64,000 nt of DNA from Takakia lepidozioides (lineage: Eukaryota; Plantae; Bryophyta), in NCBI GenBank assembly GCA_030704615.1, contig CM060733.1, forward strand, positions 44,330,001 to 44,394,000, read 5' to 3'. The notes beneath the pieces were generated by a model. It ran no database searches and was not told where the DNA came from. It was given only the letters and a program-made list of their open reading frames with translations. Positions 1 through 11,493 of the stretch are shown here, piece by piece; the first letter of the stretch is position 1; the number at the start of each line of letters is the position of its first letter. Both the position numbers and the translations under genes were made by a program.

Positions 1-1594
1 GCTGTGCATATCCTGCAAGCATGGCGTTCCATGACACCAAATCTCGTTCAGCCATATTGTTGAACACTCCTTTCGCATCCTCAATGCTCCCACATTTTGC
101 ATACATGTTCACCAGGGCAGTGTTCAGAATGACATCGGGTACAATTCCAGATTTGACGATGTCACCATGGACCTCTTTGCCCTTTTCCAGGGCGGCCAGG
201 CTTGCACACGCATTGCAAATGCAAACAAATGTTATGTGGTTGGGCTTCACCCCTTCACACATCATTTGCTCGTAGGTCTCCAAAGCCTCCATCCCGTGCC
301 CTTGCTGTGCATATCCTGCAATCATCACACTCCACGACGCCACATCTCGTTCAGCCATACTGTCGAACACTCCCTTCGCATCCTCAATGCACCCACATTT
401 CGCATACATGTCCACCAGGGCAGTGTTCAGAATGACATTGGGTACAATTCCAGATTTGACGAGGTCACCATGGACCACTTTGCCCTTTTCCAGGGCTGCC
501 AGGCTTGCACACGCATTGCAAACACACACAAACGTTATGTGGTTGGGCTTCACCCCTTCCCCCATCATTTGATCATAGGTCTCCAAAGCCTCCATACCAC
601 ATCCCTGCTGTGCAAACCCTGCAAGCATCGCGTTCCATGACGCCACATCTCGTTCAGCCATACTGTCGAACACTCCCTTTGCATCCTCAATGCACCCACA
701 TTTCGCATACATGTCCACCAGGGCAGTGTTCAGAATGACATCGGGTACAATTCCAGATTTGAAGAGGTCACCATGGACCACTTTGCCCTTTTCCAGGGCT
801 GCCAGGCTCGCACACGCATTGCAAACGCACACAAACGTTATGTGGTTGGGCTTCACCCCTTCCCCCATCATTTGATCATAGGTCTCCAAAGCCTCCATAC
901 CACATCCCTGCTGTGCAAACCCTGCAAGCATTGCGTTCCATGACACCACATCTCGTTCAGCTATAGTGTTGAAAACTCCCTTCGCATCCTTAATGCACCC
1001 ACATTTGGCATACATGTCCACCAGGGCAGTGTTCAGAACGACATCTGGTACAATTCCAGCTTTGACGATGTCACCATGGACCTCTTTCCCCTTTTCCAGA
1101 GCTCCCAGGCTTGCACACGCATTGCAAACACAAACAAATGTGATGTGGTTGGGCTTCACCCCTTCGCGCAGCATTTGCTCATAGGTCTCCAAAGCATTCC
1201 CACCACACCCATGCTTGGTAAATCCTGCCAACATTATATTCCACGTGATCAAAGATCGTTGAGGCATTCTGTTGAACACTTGGTGAGCGTCCATGATGCT
1301 CCCGCACTTAACATACATGTTGACAAGGGTGTTGAGTAGAAAAACATCTGGCGGGAATCCACTTTGGATAATATGAGTGTGCACCTGCTTTCCAGCTTCC
1401 AGACCCTTCATCTTGATGCACTTACGCAAGAGACAGACATACGTATCTGAATCTGCTGAAGTGCCTCCTTGGTTTAAAGTCTGTAGAGCCTCTGTCAGTC
1501 TGCCTGCCTCACAAAGCATCTTCACATCCCCAGAAGTGCCAGAAGAGGCATTGTGGACTCCCTCTCTTGATCCTCTTTCAGAAGCTGTGGTCAT
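1..1594 (-). CDS. PLS-class PPR protein (organellar RNA-editing factor paralogue); 3' part runs off the window start
   Basis: Reverse-strand frame from ATG 1594 (MTTASERGSREG...) is in frame to position 2. It encodes L-S-P PPR triplets (TFVCVCNACASLAALEKGK / NTALVDMYAKCG / VSWNAMLAG) with a 303-nt period and is closely similar to 24566-27199. The true start is uncertain. Confidence 0.85.
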   Translation of the reverse strand, partial: MTTASERGSREGVHNASSGTSGDVKMLCEAGRLTEALQTLNQGGTSADSDTYVCLLRKCIKMKGLEAGKQVHTHIIQSGFPPDVFLLNTLVNMYVKCGSIMDAHQVFNRMPQRSLITWNIMLAGFTKHGCGGNALETYEQMLREGVKPNHITFVCVCNACASLGALEKGKEVHGDIVKAGIVPDVVLNTALVDMYAKCGCIKDAKGVFNTIAERDVVSWNAMLAGFAQQGCGMEALETYDQMMGEGVKPNHITFVCVCNACASLAALEKGKVVHGDLFKSGIVPDVILNTALVDMYAKCGCIEDAKGVFDSMAERDVASWNAMLAGFAQQGCGMEALETYDQMMGEGVKPNHITFVCVCNACASLAALEKGKVVHGDLVKSGIVPNVILNTALVDMYAKCGCIEDAKGVFDSMAERDVASWSVMIAGYAQQGHGMEALETYEQMMCEGVKPNHITFVCICNACASLAALEKGKEVHGDIVKSGIVPDVILNTALVNMYAKCGSIEDAKGVFNNMAERDLVSWNAMLAGYAQ

Positions 1595-1749
1595 GGTTGA
1601 GGTGCCTGATTTTATCAACTGTGCCGCTGAAGCTGCTGCCTTTAGTTGACCATCTACCCATGCAGGTTTCTTGTAGCTATCGATCCACAGGGAAGCATAG
1701 GTAATCTTGTGCTTGAAATCTGGCCCTCTTGGATGAACCTGCACCCACA

Positions 1750-3790
1750 CTCTATCCCTGCTCCTTCAGCTGTCCATGCCTCTGCAAAAATCATGCATTC
1801 ATCCTTGCCTTGCTGCTAGCAGCTGACATGACAGCCTAGATTTGTTCTAGGAAACACCCAACTCCGCTTATCACACTAGTTCCTATTCTCAATTGCCTAT
1901 GCTACTCTCTGTATTCCAACAGGCATTCACCTTTTTGCCCCGATTGTCCCACCATTGACTGGGGTCAGAAAAGTATTCTTTCCACAGCTTCTCCGTCTCT
2001 GTTACCTGTTTCTGGATACTTTCCTGTTGTCACATTGGCAGTATCATATCAAAGTCACTCCAAACTATCAAAGATTTACTCAACCAGCTAACTTGGAATT
2101 CAACATGAAAATTTAGGGCTGATTCTGATAAGAGGGAAAAACAGGGTGAAATGTGTTGAAGAAGGTGCCTTGATTAGCGGTGCCTGAATTTATCAATTGT
2201 CTCTTGTAGCTATCCTTCCACAGGGAATCATAGGTAATCTGGAGCTTGAAATCCGGCCCTCTTGGATGAATCTGGACCCACATTCTATCCCTGCTCCTTC
2301 ACCTATCCATGCCTCTGCACAAATCATGCATACATCCTTGCCTTGCTGCTAGCAGCTGACGATGACAGCCTAGAATTGTTTGAGCAAACACCCCAGCCCT
2401 ACTTATCACACTAGTTCCTATGCTGACTTGCGTCTGCTTTCAACAGGCATTCACCTTTTTGCCTCGATTGTTCCACCATTGACTGGGGTCGGAAATGTCT
2501 TCGTTCCAGAGCTTCTCCTGGTCTCTGTTATCTGCTTTTCGATACTTTCCTGTTGCCACATTGGTAGTAACATGTCAAAATCACTCCAAAACCACCATAG
2601 ATCCACCAACTACCTAACTTGCAGAATTCAACATGAAAATTTAGGGACGACCCTGATAAGAGGGAAAAACAGGCTGAAATGTGTTGAAGAAGGTGCCTTC
2701 ATTAGCAGTGCCTTGTTCTATCAATTGTGCTGCTGCCACTGCTGTTTCCAGTTGACCATCTACGCGCGCAGATTTCTTGTAGCTATTAATCCACAGGGAA
2801 TCAGAAGTAATCTTGTGTTTGAAATCCGGCCCTCTTGGATGAATCTGGACCTCTGTCCCTGGTCCTTCAGCTAGCCCTGCCTGTGTACAAATCATGAATA
2901 CATCCTCAGCCTTGCTGCTAGCAGCTGACACTGATGACGTGAAGTTCTTCCAGCAAACACCCCAACCCTACTTCTTACAGTAGTTCCAATTCTGAATCGC
3001 TTCTGCTTCTCTCTGTAGTCCAACAGGCATTCACCTTTTTGTCTCCATTGTCCCACCATTGACTGGGGTCGGAAAAGTGTTCATTCCAACGCTTCTCCTC
3101 ATCTCTGGTATCCGTTTTTGGATACTTTCCTGCTACCACATCGGCAGTAACTTGTCAAAGTCACTCCAAACCACCACAGATCCACTCAACGAGCTAATTG
3201 AATTTGGTCAGAATTCAATATGCATCTCAGGGCCGAGTCTGATGAGAGGGCAAAACAGGCTGAAATAGGTAGAAGAAGAAGGTGCCCTCACCACATTGTC
3301 CTGGACCTTGTGTCATGACCCATGGAGGATTTAACCGACCATCAACCCAAAAGGACCTCTTGTGTGTGCTGCTTGTGTCTGTAGTCACGTACTGTCGGAT
3401 TGGTCTGTGAGAACCACCACGGTGCAGCTGAGCAGGCAGAGGTTGAAACACGGCCTGCTAAGACCAAGCTGACTCTCCCAAGAACCTTGTAAACAGCATG
3501 AAGAATACCAAATCATGGTACTAACAGGAGCCAAGAGCCCACATTTGCATGATGGAGAAACTTCTTCACATCGTACATTAAGAAAAAGCCACACCTTGCG
3601 ATTTCGGTTGTCCCACCATCGTGAAGGATCTTTAAAAAACTCATGCCAGCTCTGCTCCGTGCTCCAAGGTAGACGTTTGTGCTCGAAAATCCGACAGCAT
3701 CAACATTTTGACAAGGTCCTTTACTGAGAGGTGCTAGTGAGCTTTCAACAACATTCATGCAAGTCACGTTGGGCTCCATTGGGCCCTACA
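1750..3790 (-). repeat. Tandemly reiterated PPR 5'-leader/upstream modules (about 3 imperfect copies of ~540 bp plus a distal block)
   Basis: The motif ccttgctgctagcagctgac recurs at ~1809, ~2341 and ~2910. The block is homologous to 27200-28150 upstream of the intact PPR gene, with inverted copies at 4370-5620 and 7390-8140. Confidence 0.8.
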
Positions 3791-4369
3791 CGATGAGGAC
3801 AACGAACATGTCCAGACGTACACAGATGCTAACCCAGCTTACGTTTGCAGTCTGGAGATTGTAGAGTGGTCTCTGAAAACGACCAGGGAGGAAGGCCACC
3901 CCCCAAAAACGCTTGAAACGTCGGGTACCCTGAAACCGTTGTAAACTCATCTGGATGACCCGTGAAGACTTAGGGAAATTGGTGACGTGACCCCACAGGG
4001 GTCGCCGGTTTTCTCTACCGGATCGGGGATTGCCGGCACAGGAAGTACAAAATTTATGTTTTTTCGACAGCCCATTTTCTGATTTAATTAACGTCGGACA
4101 GCGTACGCAGGTACGGTAATTGTAGCGACGACCGAAGGTCGGAAGCTAGTTTAGCGTAGAGCAGGAATAGGGTGCCAAAGTGCCACGTCATCATTGCCAG
4201 GTCATCGTCGCCACGTTTCGCCGTCAATTTTTTTCAATCTGCCCAGACTGCCCGCCCAAAAAACACCACTGGATTCATCGCGCCAAGTTTTTCAAAACTG
4301 CCCAAAGTGCCCGTTTCTCTATCTTCTTGAGCACATGAGGGGTTTCACAGGCCGATCGCGATTCACAGA

Positions 4370-5620
4370 TGGAGACATTCACAGATTATGAGTACACAGC
4401 AGGAGCTCTCACGATGGTAAATCGCAAGGTGTGGCTTTTCTTAATGTACTATGTGAAGAAAATGTGGGCTTTTAGTACCATGATTTGGTATTCTTCATGA
4501 TGTTTACAAGCTTCTTTGGAGATTCAGCTTGGTCTTAGCAGGGCGTGTTTCAATCTCTGCCTGCTCAACTGCACCGTGGTGGTTCTCACATACCAATCCA
4601 ACATTATCTGACTACAGACACAAACAGCACACACAAAGGTCTTTTTGGGTTGATGGTCGGCCAAATCCTCCTTGGGTCATGACACAAGGTCAAGGACAAT
4701 GTGGTGAGGGCACCTTCTTCTTCGACCTATTTCAGCATGTTTTGCCCTCTCATTAGACTCGGCCCTGACAAGTTACTGTCGTTGTGGCAACATGAAAGTA
4801 TCCAAAAACAGATAACAGAGATGAGGAGAAACTTTGGAATGAATACTTTTCCGACCCTAGTCAATGGTGGAACAATGGAGACAAAAAGATGAATGCCTGT
4901 TGGACTACAGAGAGAAGCAGATGCAATTCAGAATTGGATTGGTCAATGTCAGCTGCTAGCAGGTCTCCATGGGTCAATGAAACAAGGTCAAGGACAATGT
5001 GGTGAAGACACCTTCTTCTTCGACCTATTTCAGCTTGTCTTCGACCCTGAGATGTGGGTTCAGATTCATCCAAGAGGGCTGGATTTCAAGCTCCAGATCA
5101 CCTATGATTCCGTGTGGAAGGATAGCTACAAGAAACCTACATGGGTAGATGGTCAAGTGGAAGCCGCATACAATTGATAAATTCAGGCACTGCTAATGAA
5201 GACACCTTCTTCAACACATTTCACCCTGTTTTTCCCTCTTATCACAATCGGCCCTAAAATTTTCATGTTGAATTCTGCAAGTTAGCTGGTTGAGTGAACC
5301 TTTGATAGTTTGGAGGTTGACTTATACATGATACTGCCAATATGACAACAAAGAAGTATCCAGAAACAGGTAACAGAGACGAGAAGAGGTTGTGGAATGA
5401 ATACTTTTCTGACCCCAGTCAATGGTGGGACAATGGAGGCAAAAGGTGAATGCATGTTGGATTACAGAGAGTAGCATATGCAATTGAGCATAGGAACTAG
5501 TGTGATAAGTTGAGTTGGGTGTTTCCTAGAACAAATCTAGCCTGTCATTGTCAACTGATAGCAGCAAGGCAAAGATGTATTTATGATTTGTGCAGAGGCA
5601 TGGATAGCTAAAAGAGCCCT
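4370..5620 (+). pseudogene. Inverted, rearranged fragment of the PPR gene leader and N-terminal region
   Basis: Encodes WVQIHPRGLDFKLQITYDSVWKDSYKKPTWVDGQ, matching the start of ORF 24566-27199, within the same leader modules. No PPR repeats follow. Confidence 0.7.
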
Positions 5621-6020
5621 GACGAAGTCTAGCACATAGAACGCACCACTGCTGGGTCTCAAGTGAATTGCACGACAATCAGAGCGAATGTGTATGTTGT
5701 GGTTGTGATGTTGCTGTTTCTATGGATGGCATGTTTTGGGTAGCCAAAGAATTACCGACTTACACACAGTAGACAAGCAAGAAAAGATAGCCATAATGTT
5801 TAACAATAACACCTTGTTGGAAGTGCAAGTGAAGCAGAGGAATATAACATACTGTTACATTGCACTTTGCACCTAACTTCCCAACAAAGCGGTGTAGCAT
5901 CAACCTCGGTCTGAGAGAGAAAGCCACAGTTCTATAGATTAGCGTGATTAATTTTAAAGTCACACTCTTAGGGTTTAATTCTCCTCAAAAATCCACCGAT
6001 ATATACTTTCAGCTGCCCCC

Positions 6021-6055
<35 letters not shown>

Positions 6056-6074
6056 ACCATACATACAAATAACC

Positions 6075-6599
6075 ATGTCAACATCGGAAATAGTCGACAC
6101 AATAGACACTGTAACGTACCAAGAAATAACCCACCAAGACATGACAAACGTGATATACGACAGTTTCACGTCCAATGACCATCATGCCCTCAAGGTGGGG
6201 AACACATGGAAACGCCTGCCCAACATTACAAACTTCCACATCGCCTTGTGGAACGTCCCTTCAGACCGTGAAGAAATTGCAATCTTCGTAGGTATTGCAA
6301 AATTCCCCTACCTTGGCAAAATCGGGAATTACAGATTCGTGACTTTCGCCGAAGAACTAAAAGACGCAAAATTCACAATATTAATAGAAGACAACCATTT
6401 CCTGTTCGACTACGCAAATACAATAACGGAATGGTCCGATCATTGGAGGAGGAGAGGCGAGGACATGAGGTGGATGGGTGGAAACAACATGAGTTTCACG
6501 AAAAAGCTCCTAAAAAATAACGCAAACAACTCTGGCTCGACGTCCGGTAATAACAAACGTCAAAAAATAAACAATGACGAGATGTACAATACAATATAA
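6075..6599 (+). CDS. Hypothetical 174-aa protein, no recognised family
   Basis: Uninterrupted ATG-TAA ORF in AT-rich DNA, downstream of a TATA-like gatatata and a (TC)n tract. Basic C-terminal motif NKRQK. Confidence 0.35.
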   Translation: MSTSEIVDTIDTVTYQEITHQDMTNVIYDSFTSNDHHALKVGNTWKRLPNITNFHIALWNVPSDREEIAIFVGIAKFPYLGKIGNYRFVTFAEELKDAKFTILIEDNHFLFDYANTITEWSDHWRRRGEDMRWMGGNNMSFTKKLLKNNANNSGSTSGNNKRQKINNDEMYNTI

Positions 6600-7097
6600 G
6601 TCCTTGATGAAAATGGCCAAAAAATGGATGGAGAATCCAACGTTCAGGGGATCTCGTTGCAGTCAAGTGTAACATCCGATATTGGATGAATTTTCGTCAC
6701 AAGAAACACGGGCTTTCATTCCAACTGAAAGGGGTCAAACTGCTGGCCAAAGCACAAGAGGAGACATAGTCAAACGACGACAACTGGAGCAAAAGCATAG
6801 CTTGGTAGAGCTTAAATTAGACACATCTAAACGTTCCATGTAAGGGCCACCATATTTAATAAAGACCGTCCTCCTTCTCCTCTTCAAAAAGTCTACATTT
6901 TGTCCCAATGCATACTCACAACGGATAATAAAAAAATACTGATTTATCATAGTCCAAATCTACTTGTTGTACCAAGATGACCCATTGAAGACCCCTCCAA
7001 CTCCCCTCCCCCGCCCCCCCCCCCACCAATCGGAATTGCGTGACCGACATTTTGGCAAGCTGCATGATCCGTACTCTCTCTCATGATCCTCGAGTAT

Positions 7098-7194
7098 GGC
7101 CCGTCTGTCCGGACGTCCTTCTCAGAAGTCGTCGCTAGTAGTGCGGAGCAACGCGAAGCCCTAGTTCTAGCGACAACCGAAGGTCGAGAGCTAG
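7098..7194 (+). mobile_element. Two adjacent Helitron-like 3' termini
   Basis: gcggagcaacgcgaagccCTAG|T ends at 7164 and is repeated at 10684. accgaaggtcgagagCTAG|T ends at 7194 and is repeated at 4149, where cgacc-gaa-ggtcg forms a hairpin. GC-rich subterminal sequence followed by CTAG and a T is the Helitron 3' signature. Confidence 0.4.
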
Positions 7195-8139
7195 TTTAGC
7201 GTAGAGCAAGAATAGGGTGCCATAGTGCCACGTCATCGTCGCCACGTGTCGTAGCCACCTGTTGTCGCCACGTTTCGTAGTTGTCAAGTTTTTTCTATCT
7301 ACCCGGACTGCCCAAAAATAACCGAAAAAAAAAAGAAAAAGAAACCGGGAGAAATGTGCGCGGGGAAGGGAGGATGATGCCCCCGCGTCCGATCGCAGAT
7401 GGAGACATTTCCATTTGCAGATTATGAGAACATCGTAGGAGCTCACCGCATGAGCTCTTACAGGAATTTGCACACTGGTGGGACAACCGCAATCGCAAGA
7501 TGTGGCTTTTGTTTAATGTACGATGTGAAGAAGTTTGTCCATCCTACAAATGTGGGCTCTCGGTTCCTGTTAGTACCATGATTTGGTATTCTTCCTGATG
7601 TTTACAAGGTTCTTGGGAGAGTCAACTTGGTTTTAGCAGGCCGTGTTTCAATCACTGCCTGCTCAGCTGCACCGTGGTGGTTCTCACATAACAATCTGAC
7701 ATTACCGGACTACAGACACAAACAACACACACAAGAGGTCCTTTTGGGTTGATGGTCAGCCTATTTTGCCCTCTCATCAGACTCGGCCCTGAGATGTATA
7801 TCGAATTCTGCAAGTAATAAGTAGGGTTGGGGTGTTTGCTGGAAGAATTTCATGCCGTCAGTGTCAGCTGCTAGCAGCAAGGCTGAGTATATATTCATGA
7901 TCAGCCCTAAATTTCCATGTTGAATTTTGACCCCAGTCAATGGTGCCCGACAACCGAGACAAAAAGTTGAATGCCTGTTAGATGACAGAGAGTAGCAGAC
8001 GCAATTCAGCATAAGAACTCGTGTGATTAGGTGTTTCCTAGAACAAATCTAGGCTGTCATTGTCCGCTGCTAGCAACAAGGGCAAAGATTAATGCATGAT
8101 TTTGTGCAGAGGCATGGATAGCTGAGGAGAAGGGATAGA

Positions 8140-9945
8140 GTGTGGGGCCAGATTCATCCAAGAGGGCCAGATTTCAAGCACAAGATTACGTATGATTCCC
8201 TGTGGATCAATAGCTACAAGAAACCTGCATGCGTAGATGGTCAACTAAAGGCAGCAGCTGCAGCGGCACAGTTCATAAAATCAGGCACCTCAACCATGAC
8301 CATAGCTTCCGGAAGAGGATCAAGAGAGGGAGTCCACAATGCCTCTTCTGGCACTTCTGGGCATGTGAAGATGCAGGAAGACTGAAAGAGGCTCTACGGA
8401 CTTTAAACCAAGGAGGCATTTCAGCAGATTCAGAAAAGTATGTCTGTCTCTTGCATAAGTGCACCAAGATGAAAGGCCTTGAAGCTGGAAAGCAAATGCA
8501 CACTCACATTATCTAGAGTGGATTTAGCCAAATATTTTTTTACTCAACACCCTTGTCAACATGTATGTTAAGTGCGGGAGCATCATGGATGCTCACCAAG
8601 TGTTCAACAGAATGCCTCAACCATCTTTGATCACGTGGAATATAATGTTGGCAGGATTTACCAAGCATGGGTGTGGTACGAATGCTTTGGAGACCCATGA
8701 GCAAATGATGCACGAAGGGGTGAAGCCCAACCACATCACATTCGTTTGCGTTTGCAATGCGTGTGCAAGCCTGGGAGCCCTGGAAACAGGGAAATAGGTC
8801 CATGATGACATCGTCAAGGCTGGAATTGTACCAGATGTCATTCTAAACTCTGCCCTGGTGGACATGTATGCCAACTGTGGGTGCATTAAGGATGCAAAGG
8901 CAGTTTTCAACAATACGTAGGCTGAACAAGATGTGGTGTCGTGGAGCGCGATGCTTGCAGGGTATGCACAACAGGGACGTGGGGTGGAGGCTTTGGAGAC
9001 CTATGAGCCAATGATGGGGAAGGGGTGAAGCCCAACCACATCACGTTCGTTTGCCTTTGCAATGCGTCTGCAAGCCTGGGAGCCCTGGAAAAGGGCAAAG
9101 AGGTCCATGATGACATCGTCAAAGCTGGAATTGTACCAGATGTCATTCTGAACACTGCCTTGGTGGACATGTATGCCAAATGTGGGTGCATTAAGGATGC
9201 AAAGGCAGTTTTGAACAACAATATGCAGGCTGAATGAGATGTGGTGTCGTGGAGCGCGATGCTTGCAGGGTATGCACAACAGGGACGTGGGGTGGAGGCT
9301 TTGGAGACCTATGAGCAAATGATGGAGGAAGGGATGAAGCCCAACCACATCACTTTTGTGTGCGTTGCATGTGCAAGCCTGGCAGCTCTGGAAAATGGCA
9401 AAGGGGCCCATGGCTCAGGGCTGGAATTGTACCCGATGTCATTCTAAACAATGCCCTCGTGGACATGTATGCCAAATGTGGGAGCATCGAGGATGCAAAG
9501 GTAATGTTCAACAATATGGCTGCATGAAATGTGGTGTCATGGAACGCGATGCTTGCAGGGTATGCACAACACAAGTGCGGGATGGAGGCTTTGGAGACCT
9601 ATGAACAAATGATGGTGGAAGGGGTGAAGCCCGACCACATCATATCTGTGCGTTTGCAAGCCTGGGAGGCATTTCAGCAGATTTAGATACGTTTGTATGT
9701 CTCTTGCTTGAGTTCATCAAGATTAAAGGTCTGGAAGCTGGAAAACAGATGCACATTCACATTATCCAAAGTGGATTCACGCCAAGGATGCGAAGGGAGT
9801 TTTCAATACTATGGCTGAACAAGATGTTGTGTCCTGGCATGCGATGCTTGCAGGGTATGCACAGCAGGGACGTGGGTTGGTGGCTTTGGAGACCTATGAT
9901 CAAATGATGGGGGAAGGGGTGAAGCCCAACCACATCACGTTTCAT
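8140..9945 (+). pseudogene. PLS-PPR pseudogene (truncated, no E/DYW)
   Basis: PPR triplets are split across frames (8561-8797, 9025-9237, 9241-9447, 9811-9945) with stops, deletions and an internal rearrangement at ~9665-9785. Ends abruptly at KPNHITF. Confidence 0.85.
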
Positions 9946-10617
9946 GGAACTGTGACATTAAATGAAAATCGAAACGATTTGAAATCTAAACCAATTGAAA
10001 ATAAAGATGAAAAAGATATCATATAAACAACATTCATAATCCAAATGCATTATGTAAGGGTTTAAAATTTTCCCTTTTAATAAATTTTCAAGGCCATCGT
10101 CCCTTTTTCCAAATAAATAAATAAAATAAAAATCCAAATCTACTCGCTTGTTGTATCAAAATGAGCCACAGTCATTATTACACCGGTCGAATTGAGATCA
10201 AATGAAATAAATTTTGGGCTTTCAGCTGAAGTACTTGAGAAATCATTCTTTGCCACTTTCAATTTGCTGGCAAGGTTTTTCTTTTGTTAGCAACCTAACA
10301 CCATTGTGAACCTAGATGAGTGCAATACTCTTCATCAAAAACTCAAGCACATGCTCGGTACGATGGTAGAGATAAGCACAACATCGGATGATTTTGCAAA
10401 CATCAAACATCAAACATAAAATGAACATATCATCAATCGATTAACAAGTAACGATTAACAATATGAAGGAACCTCAAATTGCAATGGGCTCTCTTGCTTC
10501 GGCAAAACATAAGAAGAAAGGATCAGCACAACACACCAATCCGAGGCTTGACATGTAAGGTCGTCTCTCTTTACAAGAGAGCCAATAAATGTTCATCTGT
10601 TCATAAAACTTGAATAT

Positions 10618-10684
10618 AGCCCATCTATGCGGACGTTGCTCTCATAAGTTGTCGCTAGTACTGCGGAGCAACGCGAAGCCCTAG
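10618..10684 (+). mobile_element. Helitron-like 3' terminus
   Basis: Near copy of 7098-7164 ending in gcggagcaacgcgaagccCTAG followed by a T tract. An additional shared block occurs at ~6954 and ~10134. Confidence 0.4.
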
Positions 10685-10728
10685 TTTTTTTTGTTTTTGT
10701 TTTTTTCTATGTTTTGCAAATTGGCTGG

Positions 10729-10954
10729 TAGCGCTGGAGCTGGTAAGTGCACAGTGTGTCACCCTGGCGGTTCGGGGTTCAAACCCGCTGCCCTGCTCTG
10801 TGTGTGGGATTGCTCATGACCGTATGTCTGGGATCGTCCTGTAGGTCTCATGGCCCATAAATGAAAGGGGGTTAATTTTTCCCCCTCCTCAAAGGCCCAG
10901 TGAATTGTGGGCTGTCACTCTCTCCCAGGTTTGTTTTTACACCAAAAAAAAAAA
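10729..10954 (+). mobile_element. tRNA-derived SINE-like element
   Basis: A-box-like tggagctgg, an anticodon-like GTC loop, B-box ggttcaaacc (10776-10785), an unrelated body of ~150 bp and an A11 tail (10944-10954). No clear TSD. Confidence 0.55.
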
Positions 10955-11493
10955 CATTACCTCTTATTACCTAGTTACTAGAAATTTACCTGAAAGACGA
11001 TACCATTAATCCGACAGTCGTTTCCACCTGGGGAACGATGCCCTAGTTTAGTGTATTGGTCCTGGCTCTTGTTTATGTTGGCCTCGGTCTCGGTTTCTCT
11101 CGTACCTTATGAGAGCAGGGCAAGTTTTGGTAGCTTCAATGGCACCTCTGAAAGACTCTTCACCGTGCTAATAACCAAATACTATCAATTGTCTTGGAGG
11201 AGAAATTAGAGTTTTCTGATGGAGATAGACAGGTTAAACTAGGGTTTTAGATGATGGCAGGAACGAAGTCGTATCGGTAGATCTGTCAGAAGTTCTGAAT
11301 GCGTTTCTTTATTGGTTTCCATGTCAGATAGTGAGCAACAAGGAGGGTGTAAAGATTTGGTAGTGGAACACTGATTCCCTTGTCTGTCTGAGAGCTTTCT
11401 CTGTTTAAGGCTCTTAATTCTTCTGCTGGTTACCTGCCCCCCTGTCTTCAAGACCTTTTTTCGTCAACTCGTTTCCCCTTTGTCTCTTCCCTG

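Noticed and set aside
10729-10800. Functional tRNA-Asp gene
   Set aside because: The acceptor and anticodon stems do not pair convincingly, and the sequence continues into a body and A tail, so it is better read as a SINE.
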